Assembly: GCA_002633005.1 (NCBI GenBank)
Contig: NMRA01000075.1
Location: 605 to 64,604 of the forward strand
DNA length: 64,000 bases
Origin: Phoronis australis
Lineage: Eukaryota; Animalia; Phoronida
Direction: 5' to 3'
The position numbers were made by a program, and so were the translations under genes. This document shows, in pieces, positions 1 to 13,086 of the stretch. The first letter of the stretch is position 1. Each line of letters opens with the position of its first letter. The notes beneath the pieces are model-generated. The model did not search any database. It was not told the origin of the DNA and saw only the letters and a program-made list of their open reading frames with translations.

Positions 1-260
1 TCGTTGAGATCCTGGGAGGAGGGTATCAGGAGATACAATGAGACAGAGCTGAGGGCAAATTTATACGTGTGGCGCGTGAATATGTGCTAGTGTGTGTTAT
101 GATTATCAAAAATGGTAACATTCTTTTCTTGTAAAGCAATCACCTGGCGAAATTATTATCTGAGTTTTCTAATCATCAACATTAACTTAAAGATATGTTT
201 GAAAACCGTCACTTCATTTACTGGTGTGTGTTGTAACAAGCGAGATTAACAAACAAATAC

Positions 261-348
261 CTGTAGCGTGTTCTCTGGATTTTCAAGATGTGGAAATTCC
301 CTCAATAACGCTCGTGCAATGAGGCCGTATTCCTTCTGGTCAGGGTAA
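261..348 (-). CDS. Exon encoding SAMD3-like domain segment (YPDQKEYGLIARALLREFPHLENPENTLQ)
   Basis: AG/GT boundaries, phase 2-0. YP...EY..IA.AL...FP.L resembles the conserved block of invertebrate/fish SAMD3-like proteins (recalled similarity, not searched). Confidence 0.6.
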
Positions 349-594
349 CTAAAAGAATAACATGAGACATTAGAAACACATAGAATAGCAAATGCCAACT
401 AAACTACGGTGTACCGCATTGTTCATTGGGACTGTTTTAAAGAGGTCCTTGAAAGCGAGAAATGGACTACATTTCACTAGCCAGAATAGTTCTCTGCCAC
501 TGAAACAGAATTCGTTCACCTGGAAAATATTTATTTTGGGAGACTATAACAGCCTTAGTTTGACTACGAAATCTCGTAGAGACAACATACTTAC

Positions 595-762
595 ATGTTA
601 TTGAACTTTTTATCTAAATCGTCCAATGCCGTGAGGATCAATGACGACTGTTCTGATTTACTCAACGGCTCTTTTTCTGTCAGCTTTTGTAACAAATGTT
701 TAGAAAGAGATTCCACTGGCCATTTATAATCTAAGGGAATGTGCTTCGTCTCTCCACTTGCA
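595..762 (-). CDS. Exon of the same gene (ASGETKHIPLDYKWPVESLSKHLLQKLTEKEPLSKSEQSSLILTALDDLDKKFNNI)
   Basis: ttttcAG acceptor, GTAAGT donor, 168 nt, phase 2-2, open frame joining in phase to exon 261-348. Confidence 0.6.
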
Positions 763-936
763 CTGAAAAGGCCAAAACACCAAATATATCATTCATTCAT
801 TGAAATCGAAATGAAAAACACAACAGGAGCCAGCTGCTGTAATTCAACAAGATGTTCTGCTACCTGCTATTGAAGTGTAGTGCTGCCCCTGAGACAACAG
901 CATGTCTTGTTTAATCAAATCAAAACTCTTACTCAC

Positions 937-966
937 ACGTTGATCCTGAGGTGGTGGGTACTTGCT
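937..966 (-). CDS. Possible 30-nt optional micro-exon (ASTHHLRINV)
   Basis: tttAG acceptor, GTGAGT donor, phase 2-2, compatible with neighbouring exons. Confidence 0.3.
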
Positions 967-3565
967 CTAAATAGTTTAAATAGTCATACTTTGCACTGAC
1001 TTTTCAAATTTGTACCAAACTGGTTTTTCTGCTGCTTCAGAGAATTGGTGACTAAATTCGCCGTAACATTGACAGATAGGTTGAAAAAGTTACCAGAAAA
1101 AATATAAACTGATCGTACAATCCCAAAACATTACATGACACTCATTTGACATCTTGGATTAGAAAATCAAGAGTGCGACAGAACCTTGCAACTTTCTTAA
1201 TACTTTGGTCAAAAGGATTTGTCATTCTTTAGTGACACCAAATTGAACAGGTGCTTAAGAAACGAAACGACATGACGCTGAGTATGCATCATATTTTGAA
1301 ATACTCACTGCTACTAAAAGACACTGTGAAGATGAACAAAAAATAGAAAAAACAACGTGTATTGAGATGTAAAATAACGATTGAGTAAATTCAAACACAC
1401 CCTTCCGTTAAAGCCTGAACAAAGGAAACACTCCTGGTGTCTCTACTGTAACTAATGGCCCAGTTCCTATAAAGGCAATAAATCGTTCGTGATGTCACAA
1501 TTTAAACATGCAATTCGTCATGTTTATCTTCATTAAAACGAAAATAAAGCAGGCGTTCTACCCGCTAGGAATAGATTTCTCTTTCATGGGAATTTTTTTT
1601 CCATTCCATCAGGGACCCACGAAAATGTTTAAGAGTTAAGTGTGTTTAGTCAACCTGAAAATTCTGAAATCGAAAATGACGCACCTAGCCGCATTGCTCG
1701 CGACTCAACTTGACTGGAAATGGAAATTGAACCATGTCACGATAAGTGATATTGTGAGACAAGTTTATGAGAGAAAAGGCCTAGTTCGATTAACTTTTTA
1801 GCCAGCCTCTCGAAATTTAGCTTTAAACAAGGGTATTTTAAGAAATGGAAATGGTAAAACAATTTGGTGGAACGGGCATATCTTTTAATTCATCACGTAA
1901 AATTTATGATTCCTGAAAAGAGTACGAAATAATTGTTTTATCCCATAAGCGTTGAACCTGTCAAATGCAATACTGCCATGAGATATTGTATTTGGTATCA
2001 CCTTCCCAGAACTAATTTAACTGTGGCCTCTGACATGGAAAGTTTTCAGAAGGTACGGGAGGTCAATGTCGAATTGACAACAATAGGCGGTTTGATCATC
2101 AAACTTTCCCAAAATAGTTTAAACTAGTAGCATTGCTGCAGTGTAAATAACAATGAGCATACAACCCGGTCTCTAACAGAACATCTGTTACATGTACGAA
2201 ACTGTTAATCATATGACACTTTAGTGTCAGTTTTATTTGCTAATAGTTATATCGTCTAAAACGCAGGCGACGATTCCACGGTAGCTACATTGTAAAATAT
2301 TGTTTTAATTTAATCATTTTCGGGAAATGTTACAACGTCGTGCACAATTTCCGTTGCTGTCATCTTTGTTATCTCGCTTCAAGTGATAAATCATAATAAC
2401 TGAAACTGTTTTGTTTTACAGGAGAAAGCATTTAATAACGCGCAAATACATGAGCATATAGATTTGAACAGTTTGAGTTAAGTATTTAAAAATCTTCCGA
2501 AATATTGAAACAGACTTAAATAAGGTCGATACGCGGAATAATGGCTCGTGGGATATGACTTTATTTACGCCGCTCTCGGTACATTTGGTGGATGTATGCA
2601 CAAACAAAGCAGTTTTAATTTATACATCAGTGTGTACATGTAAGTGATAGATGAAAATGGGTCAAGGCTTGAATTATGGAATTGTTTGTGAAGAATCAAA
2701 ATGGAAAAGGAATTTAGTAATGATTGACAGATGAACAAAGCTTTAGCACCGAAGTTAATTAATACTTGGTGCTTTACGTGTGGAAATCGCACATTTTTTC
2801 TACTAAAATATTTGTTTCCCCGATTCAAAACATTCCCGGACTAAGGAAAAATGTACCCTATTTGAAAACGCCCATGCTAAGCAAGTTCATCCCCGTGGCT
2901 CACCCTGGACATCAAAGAAAACATATTTTTTGGAATAAAACTGTCTCGCTTATTTAAATAATCTGATTTAGCTTGATTAGCTCATACACTGATTATCCAC
3001 AAAATATAACATCAGCAGCTTGTGGCTATGTAAATTATTACAACGAAATGTTGTCTTTGATAAAATTGTCATTGCCAGAAGTTCGAGGTACGCAAACCGG
3101 TCGAGTTGCCCAATTTCGATCGATGAGTGTATTGAACATGTGACTGTTTTTCTGATAGGTATCACATTAGTACAGTCAATGTAGATCAGTGGATCCGTTA
3201 TATTGCTGGCTATCGAATGTATCGCCATATTTTTGCTTTCACTGGGCGTCAGAGACAATGGTATGTTTAGTAATATGAGACGTGCGTACAAAAGGTTATG
3301 AGAACAGCACCCTTTCCTACAACCCTATCATTGCCATAGCAACGCCAGGCGGACTACATTTTCGGGATGAACCACTGTTGTGTTGAACGTCTTTGTTAAA
3401 TCAATAAAAACCTTGTCTCTGATGAATTAACTCAGTTTCTTTTATCAGGGTCACGACTCAGTAAAATCACGCCGATTAAAATCTAACGATACCACATCTA
3501 ATATGTATATGTAAGCACACTGTTCTCTAAATGGCTATAAGTAACACACATGTATCGCACTGTAC

Positions 3566-3960
3566 CTGTTTGGGTTACTGCATGAACTCACAGTTGCTGG
3601 TTGAGGGTCAACATGTTCATCCTCAGCAGGCAGCCGTGCATGACATGCACCCCTGAGAGTAATGTGTACTTTCGCTCTATCAGGCAACTCCTGAGGACTA
3701 TCCACCAAGACAATGTCGTTATCCCACTCAGGATCTTCATAATGCAGTTTCAATGGGGTGTCAGAATGGATTTTAAATAGTCTCTTAATTTCCAGTGGTA
3801 GCAGGCTTTTGTCACACACAACAATCTTACGTTGGTCTCCTTCATATTTCACCAAGTAGTTGAAACCACTTTTGTTCCCTGTTGTAAATGCAATGGTAGA
3901 TGTACTGTCACAGTTTATGACTAACTGTATCACGTGACAATCAGAACAAAGATCTAAGAA
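3566..3960 (-). CDS. Exon encoding PB1-like (ubiquitin-fold) domain
   Basis: Within ORF 3535-4011. ctgcAG acceptor, GTACAG donor, phase 0-2. VKYEGDQRKIVV...IKRLFKI...LKLHYEDPEWDNDIVLVDSPQEL resembles a PB1 basic strand plus OPCA-like acidic motif. Confidence 0.65.
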
Positions 3961-4126
3961 CTGCAGGAAAGAAACCTGGGCAGCAAGTAGATGGTGAAAC
4001 ATTGGCGGCAAGGTAGGTAGACTGCCTGGACCACAAGCTTCCGCATTTTATCAAAGGCTGGTAAATCTTCAACAGAAATAACGTGCGTAGGATAAGTTGA
4101 TCGAAATTTTGAATGCTTTTAATTTG

Positions 4127-4530
4127 GGCCCGGTCTCTAATCTTTGTACTCGAGACGAACTCGAAACTATGTTTTTTTGTAATTTCTCTGCTCCTTTTGT
4201 GCGAACTTAAGATAATTGGTTAACAGACTGTGCTCAAATACATTACAGTTAATGCATAGGAGTTTCTAGTTCAAGTTTGCATTTGAAGACACTTATATTC
4301 GTGCTACAAACTCGAGTAAAAACTCGAAATTTCGAGTTCAAACTCGAACTTATTGCTTTAATATTGGGTTTTCAAACTGTGAACTAAGGGCAATAAATTA
4401 TCTACGTAAGTTATTGTGTACTCGAGCATAGAATAATAGACACTTATCTTGATTTCGCCCAAAAGTAGAGTAGAAAATGCCAAACCTAATTTCGAGTTCC
4501 ATTTCGAGTAAAAAGATTGGAGGCCCGGCC
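4127..4530. mobile_element. PIF/Harbinger-type MITE (about 400 bp), same family as 58678-59078
   Basis: Imperfect TIRs GGCCCGGTCTCTAATCTTTGTACTCG / CGAGTAAAAAGATTGGAGGCCCGGCC, flanked by TTG/CTG. Near-identical copy at 58678. Confidence 0.8.
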
Positions 4531-5241
4531 CTGGTACACAGACGCATGCCCCCAACTTGGCCACCCCAGTGTCAAACACACTGAATCATTCAGCGATTAT
4601 GGCACTTCACGTATCTACTGAAGAAAGCTACATGCATGTACGCAGCCTAAAACGGGAGGCTTAAATTTTTGAGAATGTGAACTTTTTACTAAGATTCATG
4701 GGGTATGTTCAGAAATTTGCATTCACCGAATGTTGGTAGTTTCNAGTTAATGCATAGGAGTTGCTAGTTCAAGTTTGCCCTTGAAGACACTTATATTCGT
4801 GCTACAAACTCGAGTAAAAACTCGAAATTTCGAGTTCAAACTCGAACTTATTGCTTTAATATTGGGTTTACAAACTGTGAACTAAGGGCAATAAATTATC
4901 TACGTAAGTCACTGTGTACTCGAGCATAGAATAATAGACACTTATCTTGATTTTGCCCAAAAGTAGAGTAGAAAATGCCAAACCTAATTTCGAGTTCCAT
5001 TTCGAGTAAAAAGATTGGAGGCCGGGCCCTGGTACACAGACGCATGCCCCCAACTTGGCCACCCCAGTGTCAAACACACTGATTCATTCAGCGATTATGG
5101 CACTTCACTTATCTACTGAAGAAAGCTACATGCATGTACGCAGCCTAAAACGGGAGGCTTAAATTTTTGAGAATGTGAACTTTTTACTAAGATTCATGGG
5201 GTATGTTCAGAAATTCGCATTCACCGAATGTTGGTAGTTTC
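4247..5241. repeat. 497-bp direct duplication (4247-4743 vs 4745-5241) across a single-n contig join; probable haplotype overlap artefact
   Basis: Near-identical copies abut exactly at n4744. Confidence 0.8.
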
Positions 5242-6414
5242 TACCTGTTTTTTGACTTTCGTCTCGTTTCCTAATTTTCGCAGTTTTTGTTTTTCTGAGG
5301 CGGACTTTTTAGCCCACTTCTCCAAATGGGGGGCTGGCTCGCGCCTACCGAGCAAAGCCTGGATGCACTCAATAGCTTTTCAACATTCGGCGTGCAGCTT
5401 TACCAAATTTGCCGTTTCACGGTCCCCAATTGAGCTGTCATTTACAACGTTCCAACCGAATACACACAAGTCTTGTCTCACCAGATGGAATTCTTTTGGC
5501 GTTAACCACAATTCACTTCCGACACACTCAATTGTCAGATCCAGTTTTTTATCACAAATTGTATTCTTTTCTCTTGTACATGTATGATATATAGCCGTTT
5601 CTTCGGGCGTCTATAAGTTTGATTGACTTACTACACGGTTAAAGGGCTCATTTTTTACGTGAAGGAAACCGAGATGGGACTATTTTTATAGTATTGTTCT
5701 CGTCTCAAACATGCGACAACGAATCATTTCATACACAAAGTGAAGGTTGGTACACGGTTTGTCCCGCGTTGAGTATAGAAGTCGCTCGAGACGTAGTTAT
5801 GAAAAAAGAACCACGTCAAGAAAAATTGTGTTCTTTTGACATTGAGACAATTAACATGCGAACGTCCGTGAAGACCGTGAGAGAGGATGATTGACTGCTC
5901 ATTTTATTTACACCCATTATGACTGGGAAGTGTTCACCGTTTGAATTGAAGCACATTCATGGAGTTTAAGCTTTAAGCATAACAATTCATAAAATAACGC
6001 CTCAGACACGGGATGGGCCGTTAAAGGGATACTAAACACTGCTTTATAAAGAATGACACTGTTATTGCACAACGACATACGAAACCAGTTTTCGTAACCC
6101 ACAATGCCGCAGTATCAGTTAGAGTGTTGCAGTCAGCAACTCCGACGTGAGAAAGTTGAATTTTTACAAACAACCGCTTGATGTTAAGTTAACCGCCCTC
6201 TCAACATTAAATAAAATCCAAAAACTGCGAGTGAATCACGGAAACAATATTGTTATGTTAGTTATGAGCCGCAGACAATACACAGCACATTTCAGAAATT
6301 TAAACGGTTAAAATCAGGAGTACGTCCACAGCCAATCACCTCAACGTTATCGAACACTAACCTGCGAGATTGTACCTGATTCAAAAACTATGAAAAAATA
6401 AAAAGCTTCATTAC

Positions 6415-6434
6415 TTGCTGGCTGGTCCGGCAAT
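6415..6434 (-). CDS. Putative 20-nt micro-exon (D-CRTSQQ) linking ankyrin and PB1 exons
   Basis: ttccAG acceptor, GTAATG donor, phase 1-0, which is the phase needed between 8858-8885 and 3566-3960. Confidence 0.35.
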
Positions 6435-7559
6435 CTGGAATAGACTTCAACAACGTAGTGTAGCTCTAAAAAAGCTAGACTTCGCGAGATATAGCATGTA
6501 TTTTCAATCCGTTAGACAGTTATTGAACTCTACCCGGGAGAGCTATTTCAACCAATCCCTGTTCTGTTCTGTTCCCTGGTAACGTACAGGTTGGGGTGTA
6601 ACTTGTATTCTAACACACGGTTAATTGTGTATCGCCGCGAGAAAAAATCTAATCAAAATTACGTGCTCTAAACGATAATGCACGGCGATGTTTCGTAAGA
6701 TCTTGCTTTTCTAGCAAGCGTTATACATGTAGGATTCGACTAAGGATCCAGTGTGACGTCAGTGCTGCTGTCATCAAATGGATCACTTGATTGTTGGTGG
6801 ATGGTTTTTCACCGCAGTTTTGGAATAAGTCGTACAATTGCCGTTTTAGCACACTTTGTAAACGAGCTTTCAACTTTGTTGGTTGAGTTAGAATGCATCA
6901 TTCAGTTTTAGGTCAGATAGAAAATTCTTTATTCATTTCTGTTGAAATATGCCAAAACCGACTTCCGGTATTTTTATCTTGATGGCAAGCAAACCAGAGC
7001 TTAAAAAATAAGCATGATGTGTTTGGTCTCAACCAAATACTGACAGTGTTTATTTTGGAAAACCTTGAGAACTAATCAGAAGTACAACATTGGCTCCTAT
7101 CTGAAATAATGCGAAAATAGAGGCAAGATGTCCTCCAAGGACTTAAATTAACCCACGATCGCCCCAAAATGTTTTTGAAATAAATGTTTGGCTCGACAGT
7201 TGTGAGAAGTATGGCCATGCCTCTAAGCTACCACACGCTGTTGCAAACTGCCTGTTATGTGTTTTTGTTATTCACAGCAGCTTCCACCGATTACTAAAGT
7301 TTTCATCTAAACAAGTGAGTGCCCAAATGATGACATGTGTGCACTGACTTCACATATAGGTGCGTAGTTTTACCACAATGTGTGGATGTTCAGTTCTTTT
7401 ATGTTTGTTTTTTATCCCCACGTGCAGTGCCAGTAAAAGACACAATGTACTACCTATCAGCTTATAATCCACACTCGGTTGTTTCATCATCCCGCCATCT
7501 CTACTTTTCACTAACTCGCTAACACCCTCATCAACCATAGGTTCAGCTTCACCCGTTGA

Positions 7560-7700
7560 GTTTTCATGACTTTCCAGCTCCGACAGTAGTAACGGAAGCT
7601 GGGCTGACCGTACGCTTGCTCCCTTCTCCACAGCCGCGAGCTCTTGATCAATGCCTTCTTCCGAGAGATTTTGTTTCCTGCTCTGCCGCATGTAGTTCTG
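7560..7700 (-). pseudogene. Degenerate psq/CENP-B-type helix-turn-helix fragment, probably a pogo/Tigger transposase remnant
   Basis: RKQNLSEEGIDQELAAVEKGASVRSA resembles the psq HTH pattern (SEE.L..A..AV..G.S.R.A); the frame degenerates afterwards. Confidence 0.35.
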
Positions 7701-8857
7701 AAGCCAACATCGAAACATCATTTTATGTAACACAAATGCTCACAAGGCTCCGATCAAATGCCTTTAATCCACCAATATTTATTTCACAAATGGAAGACAG
7801 GACCAAGTATGTACGTTCAGGTGGAGTAGCCATATTGTTATTACCCGGCCTGAAGGATTGTTTAGTGGCTAATTAGCTGTCAATGGAACATTCTGGACCG
7901 AGGTGAGTGCTAAGGGTTTAAGACTGCATTGTTACCGAATGAGCACAGGCGATGCTTGCATGCACAATTTCGGAATCTCGGCAATATTAGGGTTCTTCAA
8001 TCCTGAATACGAAACATTTTTCTTGAATCGGTCATATAGTATAGGCAAAAGAAAACGGACAAAACGAACAGGTATTCCGCATTGTCACGGCTGAGTGCAA
8101 GGGTAAATCTGCGTAAAAAGTAGTGTGTGAAAATAGAATTGACTGCCGATAACACTCATCAGTCATGGCGCGTCAATTTAGGGAGAACTTATAAAAACAA
8201 AAAGGTTATATTTTGGGTTTTTATTGTTCGGATAAACAGTGTAGGCAAGAAAAATGTCTGACATCATTAAACCGCTCTTAAAAGGGGTATATAACACTTT
8301 GACGTATTAGTCCTCATGTAATTGCAATACTGTACATGTAAAATAAAAATGCAACTAAACTAGCACTTATTTTGAGAAATAATTGAGGAAATATGAAGAT
8401 TTAGAGAGCGACCTGGACATGTATTATAGAGACAGGTATGGAGATGTTGTGAAGACGACACTCGGGCCTTAGGTGAAACAGCTAATGAAGTGGAAACGCA
8501 AAAACAGGTAATGTGCTGGAAACGCAAAAACTGAAATATTGCCTTTCCGAGTGCTATTACTGCAATTTGGCACATGCAACTATTCATAATATTCAGTCGA
8601 AGTGATTTTGAGATCGCTACCTCTCACAGCCGAAGATTTTTTTGTCACAACTGGTGCGGAATACAATTGCGGAGCGGAATCCCCAGATGACGTCACACAT
8701 ATTCCATTTAGTTCATGATTAAAAGTACACCAATTGAAGAACAATATTTAAAACATGATACCAACATTATTGGTAACGGAATGCAAGCATTTATGACCAT
8801 TGTGTGAAGAGCAGACGACCTATACATTGTAGTCATAGGTAACGTATTGCCACATAC

Positions 8858-8885
8858 CTGTAATTACACGTGGGAGGCGCTGTAT
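8858..8885 (-). CDS. Putative 28-nt micro-exon (IQRLPRVIT)
   Basis: Pyrimidine-rich tract plus caacAG acceptor, AG/GTATGT donor, phase 0-1. Confidence 0.4.
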
Positions 8886-10373
8886 CTGTTGGAAGTTGCA
8901 TTGGATAAAAAACTTCCCCATCTACATCTACAGTGCATACATGCATGTGTGGTCAATTCGTGTCATTTATATGTTGCAGCGGGAAGTTTTTTTTTAACTT
9001 GGTTTTCGGGACTGTTCGTTGATTATGATTTTGCATCGTCTGAGTAGTAGCAGCAGGCATCGGTGTAGTAAAATGTGTTCAGTAAATTGGAAATTACCGT
9101 AGGTCAACTTACTCGATCGCTCTACATGATGGACTATTGCAGTGGCATCGGAAGATTGTGTTTAAGATTACAACACCTATAGTCCGTCATTTGAACAAGT
9201 GTCGAGAAAACTGCAGTCGAAACTGACCGCACGGAAGCGGAATTGTTTGGTTTATTTTGGCGTGTGCTGTAGTTTCTATGAGCTTAGAAATGAAATACAT
9301 GGCGATTCCTAGCGCGGGTAAAGCATATTGCATCACTAAACTGTTTATTAGAGTAAAAGGGCTTATGTGGTACTGGCATTACTGATTAGTGTTGAAACCA
9401 GCTAATCTGGGCGAAATACAGTTTTAATGTGATATATTATCGGTTACTTAAGGATATGCAAAATATTTGTTCCCTCGCAACACCAGTTCTGCACGCGACT
9501 ACGTTGACCGTGCAAGCAAATCATGGCACCCCTGCCAGTCTTCATGTTAAGCATGACGTCATTTGACGCTATGGATCCAGTCAAATGAAATTAAAATGAT
9601 GAAATTAAAAACAGTGATGGTCATGGGCAGAGTTAAGTAAAACATCAAACCACTTCAAACGTTAGGCCTATATTTCCTGGCCATGGACCTGATCATTCAC
9701 AATCCTTCTGAACTCCCAGGGAGCACAATGGGTGAAAGCTTTGTGCAAACCGCGTTGTCAGACCACATAGATTAATCCAAACACACGTACAGTTATGTCA
9801 AAAGAATCCAGTGCTCAATTAAATGAATCGGAAAAAGACCAGGAAAATTTTCGAAAATGTAATGTGTGTGTATATCAAATCGTTGTTGCACCTATTCACG
9901 TCACAATAGTGACAAATACTATGAATTTGAATTGATTAGTCCGACTCCAACCAGTTTTCTTTGGAACCACCATCTGTCCCTTCTGCCAACTAGGACCAAG
10001 TCATGTACAATTATAGCAATGTTTTCAACACGCGTGTACTACGCACCACATGACACTCACTTTGTTCATTGTGTGTGTCATTCTAGTGTTCGATTGTTCA
10101 AGTGTTCACAGTTTATCTGTTTGGATTCCCAAATGCGATATTTTGAGTCATGTTACGAAATTAAACATCTGGACTGATGTGGCATGGCTTGCTTAAACAC
10201 TTCTTTTTACCACTACACAAGAGAAGTGTTTCTCTCGGTAATCTGATGGCAGCAATATTAATGAAGAACGATAATGACGCCATGGTCACCATGTTAGTAA
10301 CAAGAACATTTAATAAACCATTATGATACTGCTTAAGTACTAACAGTTTCAAAAATATTTCACTGTTGCGTAC

Positions 10374-10523
10374 CTCAAGAATTTTCTTTATTTTTTTGAC
10401 ACGCTTAGGCTCCTCCATGTTATGGTCGCTCTCTTCCGTGTCATCGTCGCTCTCTTCCCCGACATCGTCCCTCAAGTATCCATAGTATTCCTTCCCACAG
10501 ACATCGTAAGCAGTTTTTCCTTC
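10374..10523 (-). CDS. Terminal ankyrin (C-cap) exon with acidic insert (EGKTAYDVCGKEYYGYLRDDVGEESDDDTEESDHNMEEPKRVKKIKKILE)
   Basis: tttacAG acceptor, GTACGC donor, 150 nt, phase 0-0. GKTAYD is a typical last-ankyrin-repeat start. Confidence 0.75.
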
Positions 10524-12264
10524 CTGTAAATTACATATTTTAATTCGCATCAAAATTAAAATGAGCAATACTTTCAAAAAAATAAAACTACATATAGCAT
10601 GCAACGGGTATCATAGACACAAGAATTAACGTTCACACGGGAACTTTTAGCCATAGTATTGTGCAATGCTTGCATGTGTAAGCTTGGCAAATTCAAACCT
10701 TAAGGAACTATCCTAGAACTAAGATGTACATGTATCAGCACAAAATACACAAACTGAAAAATTAAACTTGTGTCTTCAGTTGCAGCAGAATTCTTTGAAC
10801 TGGAAGATCCTTTCATGAACATTTATTGTTGATGTTCAAATGTAATAGCAGCCTAGTTTGCAACTAATCAAACGTTTAGATGCTATTGTAGTGTATACTG
10901 ACGGAAATGTTTCGATAATATATGTACATACATTACACATCAGCAATGACTTCCTTATATATACATACACACCATATGATTAATATACTTTTAAATGATT
11001 GACAGCAGTGGCACTAAGAACACGTTTTAAGAATAAGTTCGACAATAGGCAATTTGAACACCTTAAAGCTAACAAGCTTTCTCAACAACATTTCCTATAG
11101 AATTTATATCACTATTTTGACTTGAAAATATCAAGAAGTCTACTATCTGATATCTTCCCTATATCTATTTGATGGTCTTCAAATTTGCCAAACATTTTCT
11201 TACCGATTCCGTGAAAAACTATATCTTGTTAACTTGTACAGAATTAGGACTATAGCTATTAAGGAATATGGTCCCTATGTGTCTTATGTATTTCTGTAAT
11301 ATTTTACATGATAAACTGCTTACGTTTGACCTACATGTATTGATTTGGCACGTGTCAGAACTCAACTGTCTCCATCAACATTCAACTACGACGACACTCA
11401 GTTCAAAAGTATCCTGCAGCTGCATGCCACAAGGTCCTCTAGCAAATACGCTGACCATGGTACATGTATATAGGATATATTGACTTGCTTGGTGACTACA
11501 TGTACTAGAGAGTCCACATAGATAAATCACGATACATCGGCCAGATAGTGGCCTCTTAACTGGCCGCTAGGTTCATCTATATAAATTAAGAGTAACTCAT
11601 TATACATGTATATCGGATACATTGACTTTTCTATTGGCCGTTAGGATCGCACATACAAAGCCTCCTCTTTATGGTGAATTTGGAAACATTTAATATACTG
11701 ACCTCTTTACTTATCACCAAGAACACATATAATATCGGATGCATTGATTCCCGTAATGGCCACTAGGATAGTACATGCTTTTTCAAGGCCATATTTACAA
11801 AACATTATTTAACCAGTGCCACCAGAGGGTAAGACTTCTAGTTCGAACTTACGGTATAACGGATACATTCTATGCATGTATTTCTTAGGGTTGTGGCCGG
11901 TACGCCGCCTGTTGGTTTGATCGCAAAAACAAGGAACTCTTTAATGTAAGATTGATAGGAAATAAAATCTGATCATATTATGGGAACCATGGTTTTGGTA
12001 TCAATGCACCTTTCCTTCTTTCTTAAACCTTATTAACGATATGTTCACGTGACTCAAATAATGACAGATAAGTAAACGGTGACAAATCAAATTCAGCAGT
12101 TCCCTTAATGAAACCCAAATGTGTGTGTAAACACGACTGATACGGAACAAGTTGAAACCATTTCGACACCTGCTTGAGAAGTAGAGTGAGTTGCACTACA
12201 TCAGTAAGTCTGGAGAAAGACAATGATAACATACTTCAGAATTTGATTGGCACACTTATCTTAC

Positions 12265-12363
12265 CGTATTGGGAGCTGTGGCATCGACACCCTTTTTTAG
12301 AAGGAGTTCAACAACAGCTAGCTTGCCACGCCTAGACGCGAAGTGCAGGGGCGTGTCGCCTTC
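12265..12363 (-). CDS. Ankyrin repeat exon (EGDTPLHFASRRGKLAVVELLLKKGVDATAPNT)
   Basis: 99 nt = 33 aa, phase 0-0, AG/GTAAG boundaries, canonical G-x-TPLH-x-A...G...VV-x-LLL-xx-G-x-D. Confidence 0.92.
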
Positions 12364-12940
12364 CTACAACAAGCATTAAAACGACTGACAAACCATAAAT
12401 ATAATTACACCATTTCCATGTGTTTGGTGAACAACTCGTGTAAATGAAAGCGAGGTTGACCTATTTGAAGTCAAAATGTCAAAGAATATTATCAAAAATA
12501 AAACTGAGTTCAACACGAAGCATATATGATATCAAACATTATATGATTATTTTCATGCACATAGTAAAAGCAAAAGGAAAATATTTTAGAAGATTTTAAC
12601 AACATTTTTGAAATCTCGTGCTCAAGATGGATAGGAAATAAAATCTGATCATATTATGGGAACCATGGTTTTGGTATCAACACACCTTTCCTTCTTTCTT
12701 AAGCCTTAATAACGATATGTTCACGTGACTCAAATAATGAAAGATAAGTAAACGGTGAAAAATCCAATTCAGCAGTTCCCTTAATGAAACCCAATTGTGT
12801 GTGTAAACACGACTGATACGGAACAAGTTGAAACCATTTTGACACCTGCTTGAGAATTAGAGTGAGTTGCACTACATCAGTAAGTCTGGAGAAAGACAGT
12901 GATAACATACTTCAGAATTTGATTGGCACACTTATCTTAC

Positions 12941-13039
12941 CGTATTGGAGGCTGTGGCATCGGCACCCTTTTCTAGAAGGAGTTTAACAACATCTAGCTC
13001 GCCATCCTTAGACGCGAAGTGCAGGGGCGTGTCGCCTTC
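12941..13039 (-). CDS. Ankyrin repeat exon (EGDTPLHFASKDGELDVVKLLLEKGADATASNT)
   Basis: 99 nt = 33 aa, phase 0-0, AG/GTAAG boundaries, canonical ankyrin consensus. Confidence 0.92.
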
Positions 13040-13086
13040 CTACAACAAGCATTAAAACGATTGACAAACCATAAATATAATTACAN

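Larger units (their letters stand above)
11948..13085. repeat. Tandem 676-bp intron-exon-intron cassette (unit 1 11948-12623; unit 2 12624-13085, cut by contig join)
   Basis: Constant 676-bp offset over about 460 aligned bp; no n between the two units. Confidence 0.9.

Noticed and set aside
1309-1313. 5-nt micro-exon candidate between ttttAG and GTGAGT on the minus strand
   Set aside because: Not frame-preserving in the exon chain.
1457-1791. Possible GGCC-ended MITE
   Set aside because: The TIR match is too degraded and there is no clear TSD.
5220-5900. Coding-looking minus-strand stretch (CVGSELWLTPKEFHLVRQDLCVFGWNV)
   Set aside because: Interrupted by stops, and I cannot assign a family; possibly a decayed transposon or viral relic.
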